Of a stretch of DNA of 64,000 nt, positions 39,332 through 48,912 are shown one piece after another (within the stretch, counting starts at the first letter, position 1; the number at the start of each line of letters is the position of its first letter). The translations under genes were made by a program, and so were the position numbers. This stretch comes from Nitrosopumilaceae archaeon (GTDB lineage Archaea; Thermoproteota; Nitrososphaeria; Nitrososphaerales; Nitrosopumilaceae), in the NCBI GenBank assembly GCA_965203465.1, contig CBDBCR010000001.1:160001-224000 (forward strand). The letters run 5' to 3'. The notes under the pieces were generated by a model. The model had not been told where the DNA came from, did not search any database, and worked only from the letters and a program-made list of their open reading frames with translations.

Positions 39332-41380
39332 CTACTTCCATTCCGGCTTGTACCTTCCGAGCAGCAGCGAGTTGGCCACGACCGACGCGTCGCTCAGGGC
39401 CATGGCGCCGGCCGCCAGCAGCGGCAGCACCGAGTACACCTCGGGTCCCATGAAAGGCACCAGGGCGCCGGCCGCCACCGGCACCAGCGCCGCGTTGTAC
39501 CCGAACGCCCACGCCAAGTTCTGCCTTATCTTGGCGGCCGTCTTTTTGGAAATGTCCAGCAGGACCGGCACCGCGCGCAGGTCGTCGCCCACCAGCACCA
39601 CGTCGCCGGATTCGCGCGCCACGTCGGTGCCGCCGCCGACCGCTATGCCCAGATCGGCCGCGGCCAGCGCCGGCGCGTCGTTTATCCCGTCGCCCACCAT
39701 CGCCACGGCGCCGCCCGGCCTCAGTGATTCGATCTCGTCGCGCTTGCCGCCCGGCATCACCCCGGCGCGCACCTCGTCGATGCCCAGCCGCGAGGCCGCC
39801 GCCTTGGCGGCCCCCCCCGCGTCGCCCGTTACCATCACCGTCTTGACGCCCGCCGAATGCAGCCTGGCCACCGCCTCGGCGGCCCCGGGCCTCTCGGCGT
39901 CCGAGACGGCCACGGCCCCGGCGAACTTTCCGTCCACCGCGACCAGGACCACCGTCCTGCCGCCCGCTTCCAGGGCTCGCCAGTCCCGGCCCGCCTCTAT
40001 GCCGGATTCTTCTAGCAGCGCGGGGCTGCCCACCAGCACCCGCCTGCCGCCGGCGACGGCGCGCACGCCGCCGCCGGTCACGGACTCGAACTTTTCGGGC
40101 CGCGCCACCTCCATGCCCAGCTCGCGCGCGCGGCGCACCAGCGCGCGCGCCACGGGGTGCTCCGAGTCGCGCTCGGCAGAGGCTGCCGCCTCGAGCACCG
40201 AATCGGACGGCATGGTCTCGACCACCTCGGGCCTGCCGGCGGTCAGGGTGCCGGTCTTGTCGAGCACGACTGTGCGCACGCGGCGCGCCGATTCGAGCAC
40301 CCCGCCGTCCCTGATCAGTATGCCGTATTCGGCGGCCTTGCCGGCCCCGGTGGTCAGCGCCATGGGCGTGGCGATGCCGATGGCGCACGGGCACGCTATG
40401 ATGATGACGGAGACGAACGCTAGCAGCGCGTACGGCGTGCCGATGCCGGCCAGAAACCAACCCAGCCCGGCCGCGACGGCCACTACGGCTATCACCGGCA
40501 CGAAATACTTTGAGACCCTGTCGACGGCCCTCTGGTATGGCACGCGCCCCGACCTCGCGTTCTCCACGAGCGCTATGACCTGCGACATGACCGTGTCCCT
40601 GCCCACCTTGGTGGCTTTGACGCGCAGAGAGCCGGTCGTGTTCACCGTGGCGCCGATCACCGCGTCGCCTTCGGCCTTTGGGGCCGGCACGCTCTCGCCG
40701 GTGACGGCCGACTGGTCTATTTCGGAGCTTCCAGAGACCACCACCCCGTCGGTGGGCACGGCCTCGCCGGGCCGCACGTGCATGATCTCGCCTATCTTGA
40801 CGAGCTCCACGGGGACCTCCTTCTCCTGCCCGTCCCTGATCACGCGCGCCGTGCGCGGCTGCAGATCCATCAGGCGGCTTATGACGCGCGACGCCTTTTT
40901 GGCCGACTTTGCCTCCAGCGCGTTGCCGGCCAGTATGATGGTTATGATCGCCGCCGAGGTCTCGAAATAGACGTGGCCGTGCGGAAAGAAACCGGGCGCG
41001 AACGTGACCGCGGTGCTGTACGCCCAGGCGGCCGTGGTGCCGGCGGCCACTAGCACGTCCATGTTGGCCGCCCTGCTGCGCAGCGCGTCGAGCGCGCCGC
41101 GGTAGAACCGCATGCCTATCCAAAACTGCACGGGCGTGGCAAGCGCGAACATGGCGTATTCGCCGCCGGCCACTCCGAGGTGCGTCAGCACCGCCACGGG
41201 CGCCGTCAGCAGCACGGCTATCACCAGCTGCCGCCGGACGCGCGCGGCCTCGCGGTCGGGCCTTGCGAACCTCTCGAGGCAGCTGCTGCCGCAGAAGAAA
41301 AACTCGCGGCCGTCCGATTCGTAGCGCAGGGCCCCCGGCGACTCGTCTACGAGCATGCCACAGACCGGATCCTTTGCCAT
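39332..41380 (-). CDS. copA: Cu(I)-translocating P1B ATPase with N-terminal YHS domain
   Basis: KDPVCGM...FFCGSSC, TGES, CPC, DKTGT, SEHP, GDGINDAP, YN. Confidence 0.95.
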   Translation of the reverse strand: MAKDPVCGMLVDESPGALRYESDGREFFFCGSSCLERFARPDREAARVRRQLVIAVLLTAPVAVLTHLGVAGGEYAMFALATPVQFWIGMRFYRGALDALRSRAANMDVLVAAGTTAAWAYSTAVTFAPGFFPHGHVYFETSAAIITIILAGNALEAKSAKKASRVISRLMDLQPRTARVIRDGQEKEVPVELVKIGEIMHVRPGEAVPTDGVVVSGSSEIDQSAVTGESVPAPKAEGDAVIGATVNTTGSLRVKATKVGRDTVMSQVIALVENARSGRVPYQRAVDRVSKYFVPVIAVVAVAAGLGWFLAGIGTPYALLAFVSVIIIACPCAIGIATPMALTTGAGKAAEYGILIRDGGVLESARRVRTVVLDKTGTLTAGRPEVVETMPSDSVLEAAASAERDSEHPVARALVRRARELGMEVARPEKFESVTGGGVRAVAGGRRVLVGSPALLEESGIEAGRDWRALEAGGRTVVLVAVDGKFAGAVAVSDAERPGAAEAVARLHSAGVKTVMVTGDAGGAAKAAASRLGIDEVRAGVMPGGKRDEIESLRPGGAVAMVGDGINDAPALAAADLGIAVGGGTDVARESGDVVLVGDDLRAVPVLLDISKKTAAKIRQNLAWAFGYNAALVPVAAGALVPFMGPEVYSVLPLLAAGAMALSDASVVANSLLLGRYKPEWK

Positions 41381-41638
41381 CGCCCGGCCACCGTCCTGCG
41401 CAATATAAAATTCGGGCCGCCTGCGGGCCCTTGGAGGCGCGCTGTAGCCCGAAAACCCGATCCGCAAAGCGCGTCGCGCGGGGAATCCTGCTCCCGGTAG
41501 CGGGGGCCGTGCTTTGGCGGCCTAGCAGAATACGATGCCCGCCGTGTCCGCGCCGGACGCCTTTGCGAATTTCTCGATCTCTGGAAACAAAGCGTCTTTT
41601 TTCAGATGGCGGCACGCCCCGTCTCTGAAACCTCCGGG

Positions 41639-43090
41639 CTAGGCGCTGACCCGCGCGGCCCGCGCTTCCAGCTCCGATACGGCTGCCCTCACTGCCCCCT
41701 CGCGCGCCGTGATTCTGGAGCGCGCCCGGGATATGGCCCCGGCCCTCTGCCGCACCATCCTGTCCTGCTCGGCAAAGCCCGACGAGCCGCGCGAGGCGCG
41801 CGCGCGCAGCGAGCTCTCCGGCGTCGCCGAGGCGAGCGCCTCGGTCAGGCGCCGCGCGTCGGCCCCAGAGCCGCCCAGGCACGCCTCGACGTCCTCCTCT
41901 TCGAGCTCGTCGAGGCGCACGCCGTCGCGGTGGGCCGCCTGCACCAGCCTGCCCACCAGGCCGTGGGCCGTCCTGAACGGCATCCCTTCGGAGACCAGCC
42001 CGTCGGCTATGTCGAGGGCCAGCGCGTAGCCCGACTCTAGGGATTCGCGCATCCTGCCCCCGTTCACCGACATCGTCAGGACGGCTGCGCGCGCCACGGC
42101 CAGGGCGCCCAGCGCGGTGCGCGAGGCGTCGAACGCTGCCGGCTTTAGCTCCTGCAGGTCGCGCCCGTACCCCGTGGCCAGCCCCTTTGTCCCCGAGAGC
42201 GCGCCGGCCAGCGAGCCCGAGACGACGGCGGCCTTGCCGCGCGTCAGCTCCATGACGTCGGGGTTTTTTTTCTGCGGCATGACGCTCGACGGCGAGGCGA
42301 GCTCGTCTGCAAGCTCCAAAAACCCAAACTCCGAGGACGACCACACCACCACGTCCTCGGCCATGCGGCTCAGGCCGGCCATCATGGCGGCGACGCACCA
42401 GACGTGCTCCAAGACAAAGTCGCGCGAGCCGGTCGCGTCTATCGAATTTTCCAGCAGGCCGTCAAAACCGAGCATCGCGGCAGTGGCGTCCCTGTCCACC
42501 GGCACGGCGGTGCCGCCGACCGGGCCCGCGCCCAGCGGGCACCTGTTTAGCCGGGAATAGCTCCCCTCGAACCTTTCCAGATCGCGCATCAGCGCGTCTG
42601 CCTGCGCCAGCAAATAGTGCGACAGCGTCCCGGCCTGCGCCTGCTGCATGTGCGTGTACAGGGGCATGACGGTGCGCCGGTGCGACTTTGCCACCGAGAC
42701 CATCGCCTCGGCCGCGTCGGCTATGCGCGCGCACACGGAGTTGGTGTCGTCGCGCAGTTTCAGCCGCATGTCCAGGGCCACCTGGTCGTTGCGCGACCTG
42801 CCCGTGTGCATCTTGAGGCCCGCCGGCGTCGCGGACACCACTGCCGCCTCGACCGCCTCGTGTATGTCCTCCGAGCCGTCGCCGCCCAGCTTGTCCGGCT
42901 CCAGGCCGCCCAGAGCTTGCAGTATCTGCCCCGCCTCGCCGGCGTCGAGCACGCCGGCGTCGAGCAGCGCCAGCGCGTGCGCCTTGCTGCCCAGTATGTC
43001 ATAGTAGGCAATATCCCCGTCGGCCCGGGCCGAAGATACGTACTCGAGGGCCTCGCCCCCGAGCCTGCCGCCGAGCCGGTCGCGGTACAC
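41639..43090 (-). CDS. argH: Argininosuccinate lyase
   Basis: HTGRSRNDQV, YTHMQQAQ, SSVMPQKKNPD. Confidence 0.95.
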   Translation of the reverse strand: MYRDRLGGRLGGEALEYVSSARADGDIAYYDILGSKAHALALLDAGVLDAGEAGQILQALGGLEPDKLGGDGSEDIHEAVEAAVVSATPAGLKMHTGRSRNDQVALDMRLKLRDDTNSVCARIADAAEAMVSVAKSHRRTVMPLYTHMQQAQAGTLSHYLLAQADALMRDLERFEGSYSRLNRCPLGAGPVGGTAVPVDRDATAAMLGFDGLLENSIDATGSRDFVLEHVWCVAAMMAGLSRMAEDVVVWSSSEFGFLELADELASPSSVMPQKKNPDVMELTRGKAAVVSGSLAGALSGTKGLATGYGRDLQELKPAAFDASRTALGALAVARAAVLTMSVNGGRMRESLESGYALALDIADGLVSEGMPFRTAHGLVGRLVQAAHRDGVRLDELEEEDVEACLGGSGADARRLTEALASATPESSLRARASRGSSGFAEQDRMVRQRAGAISRARSRITAREGAVRAAVSELEARAARVSA

Positions 43091-43139
43091 GGATGCCCCC
43101 CTACAATGGCTATATATAGCCTAGACGCAACGCCGGCCG

Positions 43140-43448
43140 TTGGCGGAGATACGCGAGCTGCGCGTCAAGATATTCGACGAGCTCTCAAAGATAGTCGATC
43201 CGGAGATAAACACGACCATAACGGAGCTCGAACTCATCGACGAAGTCGACATCAAGGATTCGGACGTGCGCGTGGATCTGCACCTGACAAGCCCGTTCTG
43301 CCCGGCCGTGTTCGGCTTCAAGATATGCCAAGACATACACGACAACCTCCTAAAGATAGACGGCATCGACGACGTGAAAGTCAACGTCTCCAACCACTTT
43401 ATGGCCGAGCAGATAAACAACCAGGTGAACAGCTCCAAAAAGCCCTAG
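43140..43448 (+). CDS. DUF59 / MIP18 Fe-S assembly protein
   Basis: IVDPEI, LTSPFCP. Confidence 0.88.
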   Translation: MAEIRELRVKIFDELSKIVDPEINTTITELELIDEVDIKDSDVRVDLHLTSPFCPAVFGFKICQDIHDNLLKIDGIDDVKVNVSNHFMAEQINNQVNSSKKP

Positions 43449-44179
43449 CGCAGCCCGAGCATGTACCCGCGCAGCAGCTGTATCCCCATGGCCGGATCGA
43501 CCCCCTTGGGGCACACCTGGCTGCACGAGCCGGCAAAGTGGCACCGCCATATCCCGTGCGAATCGTCTATCACCTTGAGGCGCTCGTCCTTGCCCCTGTC
43601 CCTGCTGTCCGCCGTGTACCTGTAGGCCTGCGCGAGCGCCTGCGGGCCCAAAAAGGACGAGTCGGTGGCCATCGTGGGGCAGGCGGCGTTGCACAAGCCG
43701 CACTTTATGCAGTTTGCGAACTGGATGTACTTTTCGTGCTCCTCGGGGGTCTGGAGCAGCTCGCGCGAGCCCGGCTCGGGCTCGGCCTCGTCGCGTAGCA
43801 GGTACGGCTTTACGCGCCGGTGCGAATCGAACAGGCGCTCAAAGCGCACCGCCAGGTCGCGGATCACCTCGAAGTTGCGCAGCGGCTCGACCGTCACGGT
43901 GTCCGATCCCAGCTCGGCCACCTTGGTAAAGCAGGCCAGGCGCGGCCTGCCGTTTATCATCATGCCGCACGAGCCGCAGGTGGCCTGCCTGCACGAGTAC
44001 CGCACGGCTATCGAGTGGTCCATGTGCTTTTTGGCGTCGAGTATCACGTCGAGAACGGTGGTCCACCTCTCGTGGGGCACGTCGAACTCGTCGAACTTGC
44101 CCCCCGACCTCTTTACGCGCAGCCTCACGCTGGAGCGCGGCGAGAGGTGCCCGCCGGAGCGCTCGGGCGCGACGGACAT
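43445..44179 (-). CDS. sdhB: Succinate dehydrogenase Fe-S subunit
   Basis: SCRQATCGSC, CIKCGLC...CP, CHFAGSC..VCP. Confidence 0.95.
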   Translation of the reverse strand: MSVAPERSGGHLSPRSSVRLRVKRSGGKFDEFDVPHERWTTVLDVILDAKKHMDHSIAVRYSCRQATCGSCGMMINGRPRLACFTKVAELGSDTVTVEPLRNFEVIRDLAVRFERLFDSHRRVKPYLLRDEAEPEPGSRELLQTPEEHEKYIQFANCIKCGLCNAACPTMATDSSFLGPQALAQAYRYTADSRDRGKDERLKVIDDSHGIWRCHFAGSCSQVCPKGVDPAMGIQLLRGYMLGLR

Positions 44180-44181
44180 TT

Positions 44182-44526
44182 TCACGCGGCCCCCGTGGTC
44201 ACCACGATTATGGTGCGCGAGCCGTACGCTATCAGACCTATCATGCCGGCCACGCACCCGTACGAGACCGCCTTTTCATAAACCCTGCCCTGCCTCAGCT
44301 CCAGCAGTATCACGCGCAGCCCGTTGAACCCGTGCACCGAGAGCAGCACCAGTATTATCTCGAGCATGCCCGCGTAGGGCAGGAACCTGTAGTTTTCCAG
44401 CACCTGCTCGTACTCGAGCGAGGCCTCGAAGCCCTGCACCACGCGCAGCAGCACGTGCACGGCCACGAACGCCACGGCGGCCAGGGCCGTGCCGTAGTGT
44501 ATCTTCATTATGGTGCTCTCTTTCAT
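44182..44526 (-). CDS. sdhD: Succinate dehydrogenase membrane anchor
   Basis: Three TMs, HGFNGLRVIL. Confidence 0.85.
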   Translation of the reverse strand: MKESTIMKIHYGTALAAVAFVAVHVLLRVVQGFEASLEYEQVLENYRFLPYAGMLEIILVLLSVHGFNGLRVILLELRQGRVYEKAVSYGCVAGMIGLIAYGSRTIIVVTTGAA

Positions 44527-44930
44527 CAGAACATCACCGTGATCCCGTACACCGCGGCCAGCGCCGAGAGCACTATGGCCGAGTAGATGCCTATCTTGTG
44601 GCGGTAGTTCTGCGAGGCCGGCTCGTACGGATAGTCGGGCCTCGAGGGGCTGCCCACGGCCACGCCGCCGTGGCCCAGCATGACCCTGATCCCGTTGACC
44701 GTGTGGAAGACGCACATGGCTATGACTATGACGAGCACCGCGTGGCCCTCGAAGGTCTGGGTGAGCTGGAGGAACTGGTCCCAGCCGGCCCTGCCCTGCA
44801 GTATGTTGCTCGTCTCGTATATGTGGGCCACGAAATAGGCCAGCAGGCCCAGGCCGGTCAGGCGCATGAGCAGGTAGGCCACGCGCTCTATGCCGAACCG
44901 CCTCGGGCTGGCCATGCCGCCTATCCCCAT
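44526..44930 (-). CDS. sdhC: Succinate dehydrogenase cytochrome b subunit
   Basis: RLTG, FHTVNGIR. Confidence 0.85.
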   Translation of the reverse strand: MGIGGMASPRRFGIERVAYLLMRLTGLGLLAYFVAHIYETSNILQGRAGWDQFLQLTQTFEGHAVLVIVIAMCVFHTVNGIRVMLGHGGVAVGSPSRPDYPYEPASQNYRHKIGIYSAIVLSALAAVYGITVMF

Positions 44931-46642
44931 CAGTACTTCCTCTCCACGGGCTGATAATTAGTTATGGTCACCGGGTGGGCCTTCATGAGCGGCTCGGACG
45001 GGCCGTAGTAGGCCAGGGTGTGGTGGAGGAAGTTCTCGTCGTCGCGCTGCGGATAGTCGGTGCGCGCGTGGCTCCCCCTAGATTCGCGCCTGTTTATGGC
45101 CCCTACCAGCACCGCCTCGGCCGCGCGGAACATGGAATCTATCTCCATGACGTTGGCGAAGTTGGTGTTGTACTCGGAGGCCTTGTCGTCGACGTGCTTC
45201 CAGGTCTGGGCGCGCAGCTTGCGCACGCGCGCGAGGCCCGCCGAGAGCCCCTCGTGGTCCCTGTACACGTAGGCCTTTTCGTTCATGGTGTCGGTCAGCT
45301 CCTGCCTGACCTCGTAGGGGTTGGCCCCGCCGCCGGCCCGGAATATGCCGTCGTAGATGCGCTTTTCTTCGGCGGCCACCATGTGGTGGGGCCACGGCTC
45401 CGAGCCCACCCTGCCGGCGATGTACTCGGCGGCCAGCTCGCCGGTTATGCGGCCCCACACGATGCACTCCGAGGTCGAGTTGGCGCCCAGGCGGTTGGAG
45501 CCGTGGACGCTGTTGCAGGCGGCCTCGCCCGCGGCCCAGACCCCCCGCAGCTCGGTGGCCCCGTCGATGTCGGTGTGTATGCCGCCCATCATGTAGTGGC
45601 AGACGGGCCGCACGTCGAGCATCTCCCGGGCCGGGTCTATGCCGGAGAACTTTATCGATATCTCGCGTATGCCGCCCAGCTTTTCCTTGATTACCTCGTC
45701 GCCTACGTGGCGCAGGTCCAGCTTCATGCAGTCCACGCCGGTCTCGTGGACGAACCCGCGCCCCTGCTCTATCTCGGTGATTATGGAGCGCGAGACGATG
45801 TCGCGCGGGGCCAGCTCCATCTTGCTGGGCGCGTAGCTCTTCATGAAGCGCTCGCCCTCGCTGTTGACCAGGTGGCCGCCCTCGCCGCGCGCCCCCTCCG
45901 TTATCAGTATGCCCGACGGCAGTATGCCGGTCGGGTGGAACTGCACGAACTCCATGTCCTTCAGGGCCATGCCGGCCCTGTACGCCATGTCGAGGCCGTC
46001 GGGCGTCGAAGAGTACGCGTACGTCGAAAAGCTGTACAGCCTGCCGGCGCCGCCCGTGGCTATTATCATGGCCGGCGCCCGCACGGCGTAAAAGGTCCCC
46101 GAGGCCAACTCTATGGCCGTGATCCCGTGGAACCTCTTGCCGTCGTGGACTATGGAGGTGACGAACCACTCGTTGAGGTATTCTATGTTGTCGTGCTTTT
46201 GGCACGTGTCATACAGAGTCTGCATCTCGAAAAAGCCCACCTTGTCCGAGGCGTACGTGGCGCGCGGAAAGCTGTACCCCCCGAAGGCGCGCTGGTCTAT
46301 GCGGCCAGTCTTCCTGCGCGACCAGGGCATGCCCCACCTGTCCATCTGGTATATCTGCCCGGGCATCTCCTTGCAGAGGCGCTCGGCGGCGTCCTGATCC
46401 GCGAGGAAGTCGCTGCCCTTTACGGTGTCGTAAATGTGCGATTCGACGGTGTCCCCCTCGTCTTCGAACAGGACCGCGGCCGTGCCGCCCTCTGCCGAGA
46501 CCGAGTGGGACCTCATCACCTGCACCTTGGACACGACTGCTATGCGCAGGTGGGGCCCCTTTTCGGCCGCCGCGATGGCCGCGCGCAGCCCCGCCAAGCC
46601 CGAGCCGCATATGACCAGGTCGTAGTCTATGAAATCGGCCAA
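44930..46642 (-). CDS. sdhA: Succinate dehydrogenase flavoprotein
   Basis: GSGLAG, RSHSVSAEGG, QFHPT, HYMMGG, HGSNRLG. Confidence 0.96.
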   Translation of the reverse strand: MADFIDYDLVICGSGLAGLRAAIAAAEKGPHLRIAVVSKVQVMRSHSVSAEGGTAAVLFEDEGDTVESHIYDTVKGSDFLADQDAAERLCKEMPGQIYQMDRWGMPWSRRKTGRIDQRAFGGYSFPRATYASDKVGFFEMQTLYDTCQKHDNIEYLNEWFVTSIVHDGKRFHGITAIELASGTFYAVRAPAMIIATGGAGRLYSFSTYAYSSTPDGLDMAYRAGMALKDMEFVQFHPTGILPSGILITEGARGEGGHLVNSEGERFMKSYAPSKMELAPRDIVSRSIITEIEQGRGFVHETGVDCMKLDLRHVGDEVIKEKLGGIREISIKFSGIDPAREMLDVRPVCHYMMGGIHTDIDGATELRGVWAAGEAACNSVHGSNRLGANSTSECIVWGRITGELAAEYIAGRVGSEPWPHHMVAAEEKRIYDGIFRAGGGANPYEVRQELTDTMNEKAYVYRDHEGLSAGLARVRKLRAQTWKHVDDKASEYNTNFANVMEIDSMFRAAEAVLVGAINRRESRGSHARTDYPQRDDENFLHHTLAYYGPSEPLMKAHPVTITNYQPVERKY

Positions 46643-46749
46643 CCGGCACGCGCGAGCCGCTGGCAAGTTAATAGTATTTGCGCAAAAACGCGGCCGGTGC
46701 CGAGGGGCGCGCAGGGTTAATATATATCGCTAGCGATACGCCGTCCGTG

Positions 46750-47208
46750 ATGGGCGGATGGCTCTCCTGCATGGGCTCGGCGGTTCCGCGCGGGTTCTCG
46801 CGGTACTATATCATGGAGCTGCTCGCCGCCGAGCCGCGCACCGGCAAGGAGATAATCGAGCACGCCGCCGAAAAGAGCGGGGGGCACTGGAAGCCCTCGC
46901 CGGGGCTGATCTACCCGCTGCTCGGCAGGCTGCTCGACGAGGGCATGATAGAGGAGGACGGCGGCGGCAGGTACCGGCTCACCGAAAAGGGCAAGACCAC
47001 GGCGGCCGACGCGGATCGCATAGAAGAGACGGTGAAAAAACAGATGGAGGTGCTGGCCAGGCTGGGCAACCTGGGCAGGTTCGGCATGATGGACATGCTC
47101 GAGAGGTTTTCCATGGCGATCGGCTCCGGCGGCACGATGAAGGGCGACGAGCGCGAGAGGTACCGCAAGTTCCTCGTATCCGAGCTGGAGCGGCTGGACA
47201 AAAACTAG
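46750..47208 (+). CDS. PadR-family transcriptional regulator
   Basis: WKPSPGLIYPLL, YRLTEKG. Confidence 0.9.
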   Translation: MGGWLSCMGSAVPRGFSRYYIMELLAAEPRTGKEIIEHAAEKSGGHWKPSPGLIYPLLGRLLDEGMIEEDGGGRYRLTEKGKTTAADADRIEETVKKQMEVLARLGNLGRFGMMDMLERFSMAIGSGGTMKGDERERYRKFLVSELERLDKN

Positions 47209-47238
47209 AGATATTAACCTCTTGCTGGGAAGGGCCGC

Positions 47239-48090
47239 GTGGCCTCTGCGCGATCCGTCGTAAAGTCGGACATCGTGATGCCCGGCGTCTACGACGCGCT
47301 CGGCGCCAAGATGGCGTCTGCTGCCGGCTTTGGGGCCATATTCCAGACCGGATACGGCACGTCGGCCTCGATGCTGGGGATGCCCGACTACGGGTTTCTG
47401 GGGGCCGCCGAGACCGTCGCGAACGCGCGCCGCGTGTGCGCGGCCTCGTCGGTGCCGGTCATAGTGGACGCGGACACGGGCTACGGCAACGCCCTGACCG
47501 TCTGGAGGCTGGTGCGCGACCTGGAGGACGCCGGCGCCTCGGGGATGTTCTTGGAGGATCAGAGGTGGCCCAAGAGGTGCGGCCACATGCGGGGCAAGGA
47601 CGTCACCCCGCAGGACGAATACGCCGAAAAGCTTGGCGCGGCGCTGGACGCGCGCCGGAGCCGCGACTTTGTGGTCGTGGCGCGCACCGACGCGCGCGCC
47701 ACCGCGGGGCTGGACGAGGCCATCGAGAGGGGCAGGCAGAACCGCAAGGCCGGCGCCGACGCGGTCTTTGTCGAGGCGCCGCGCACGCTCGCCGAGATGA
47801 CCGAGATCGGGAAAAAGATAGGCCCGCCGCTGGTGGCCAACATGATAGAGGGCGGTGCCACCCCGGCCGCGCCGGCCAAGAAACTACACGCGATGGGGTT
47901 CAACATCGTGCTCTACCCGCTCTCGGTGCTGTACGCGAGCGCGTCGGCCTCGATGCGCGTGCTCCGCCGCCTCAAGGAGACCGGCTCGGCGGGGCGCTCG
48001 GGGATGGACTTTGCCGCGTTCAACGAGCTCGTGGATCTGCCCAAATACGAGCGGCTGGAAAGAAAATACGGCGGCAAAAAAACCGGGTAG
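47239..48090 (+). CDS. Methylisocitrate lyase / PEP mutase family protein
   Basis: DADTGYG, LEDQ..PKRCGH, ARTDA. Confidence 0.9.
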   Translation: MASARSVVKSDIVMPGVYDALGAKMASAAGFGAIFQTGYGTSASMLGMPDYGFLGAAETVANARRVCAASSVPVIVDADTGYGNALTVWRLVRDLEDAGASGMFLEDQRWPKRCGHMRGKDVTPQDEYAEKLGAALDARRSRDFVVVARTDARATAGLDEAIERGRQNRKAGADAVFVEAPRTLAEMTEIGKKIGPPLVANMIEGGATPAAPAKKLHAMGFNIVLYPLSVLYASASASMRVLRRLKETGSAGRSGMDFAAFNELVDLPKYERLERKYGGKKTG

Positions 48091-48098
48091 AGAGGAGC

Positions 48099-48383
48099 CT
48101 AGTTCCTCTTTACTTCGATGTCGATGGTAGATACGTTTCTAGTCTTGCCGTCGTCGGCCTCGAGCGATTCGGAGCCGATGCGGATGGTGCCGATAGAGTA
48201 CCCGGAATTCTCCGTCTTCCTAGAAATTATCTGAGCCACGTCCACAGCACGCGCGATGCTGAGGCCCCTGGCCTTGATGTTCACGGACGGCATTTTGGCC
48301 AGCTGGAGCAGCGTCGTGGTGACGTACGCCATGAGCGGCTTTTTGCCGATGAACACGGTGTCTCTTACTTCGTTGTCAGACAT
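48099..48383 (-). CDS. albA: Chromatin protein Alba
   Basis: IGKKPLMAYV, KARG..I..AVDVA, VSTIDI. Confidence 0.95.
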   Translation of the reverse strand: MSDNEVRDTVFIGKKPLMAYVTTTLLQLAKMPSVNIKARGLSIARAVDVAQIISRKTENSGYSIGTIRIGSESLEADDGKTRNVSTIDIEVKRN

Positions 48384-48456
48384 TGGCGGCCGGCAACCGG
48401 CGGGATAATTTAAACTCTGGGCATTTGCTTTTATTCGGCGGATCCGGACTGCCCGC

Positions 48457-48912
48457 GTGGACGGGGCGCGCGAGGCCGTTTCGAGGCTGGCCCACCCGGA
48501 CGTGCGCGTGCGCGGCGAGGCGTTCGCCCTGCTCGTGTCGGATCCGGGCGCCTCTGACGTCCTGGAGGGGGCCTGCCGCAGCCCCGACAGGAGCGTGAGG
48601 GCCTTTGCGGCCCTCGCCCTGGGCAACCGGGGCGAGGCGCGCGGTATCCTGCTGGAGATGGCCTCGGACCCCGAGGCGCTGGTGCGCTCGTGCGCCCTCG
48701 GCGCGCTTGCGCACATGGGCATGGACGGGGCGCGCGGAAAGGCGCTGGCCGGCCTGGCCGACGCCAGGATTGAGGTGAGGCGCGCTGCCCTGCAGGCTTG
48801 CGCAAAGCTGGGCGTCGCGGTGCCCGACGCCGAGCTCGAGCGGCTCGAGTCGGAGGGCGACGGGGAGCTGGGCCTGATCGCGCGAATAGTGCGTGGACAC
48901 CGGTTGAAATGA
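48457..48912 (+). CDS. HEAT-repeat (PBS lyase-like) protein
   Basis: Repeated DxxVRxxAxxAL. Confidence 0.85.
   Translation: MDGAREAVSRLAHPDVRVRGEAFALLVSDPGASDVLEGACRSPDRSVRAFAALALGNRGEARGILLEMASDPEALVRSCALGALAHMGMDGARGKALAGLADARIEVRRAALQACAKLGVAVPDAELERLESEGDGELGLIARIVRGHRLK

Noticed and set aside
39276-42398. Very long Arg/Gly/Ala-rich alternative-frame ORFs (also 1577-2974, 44975-46720, 46758-48413 and others)
   Set aside because: Shadow ORFs expected in high-GC DNA; they overlap clearly identified genes
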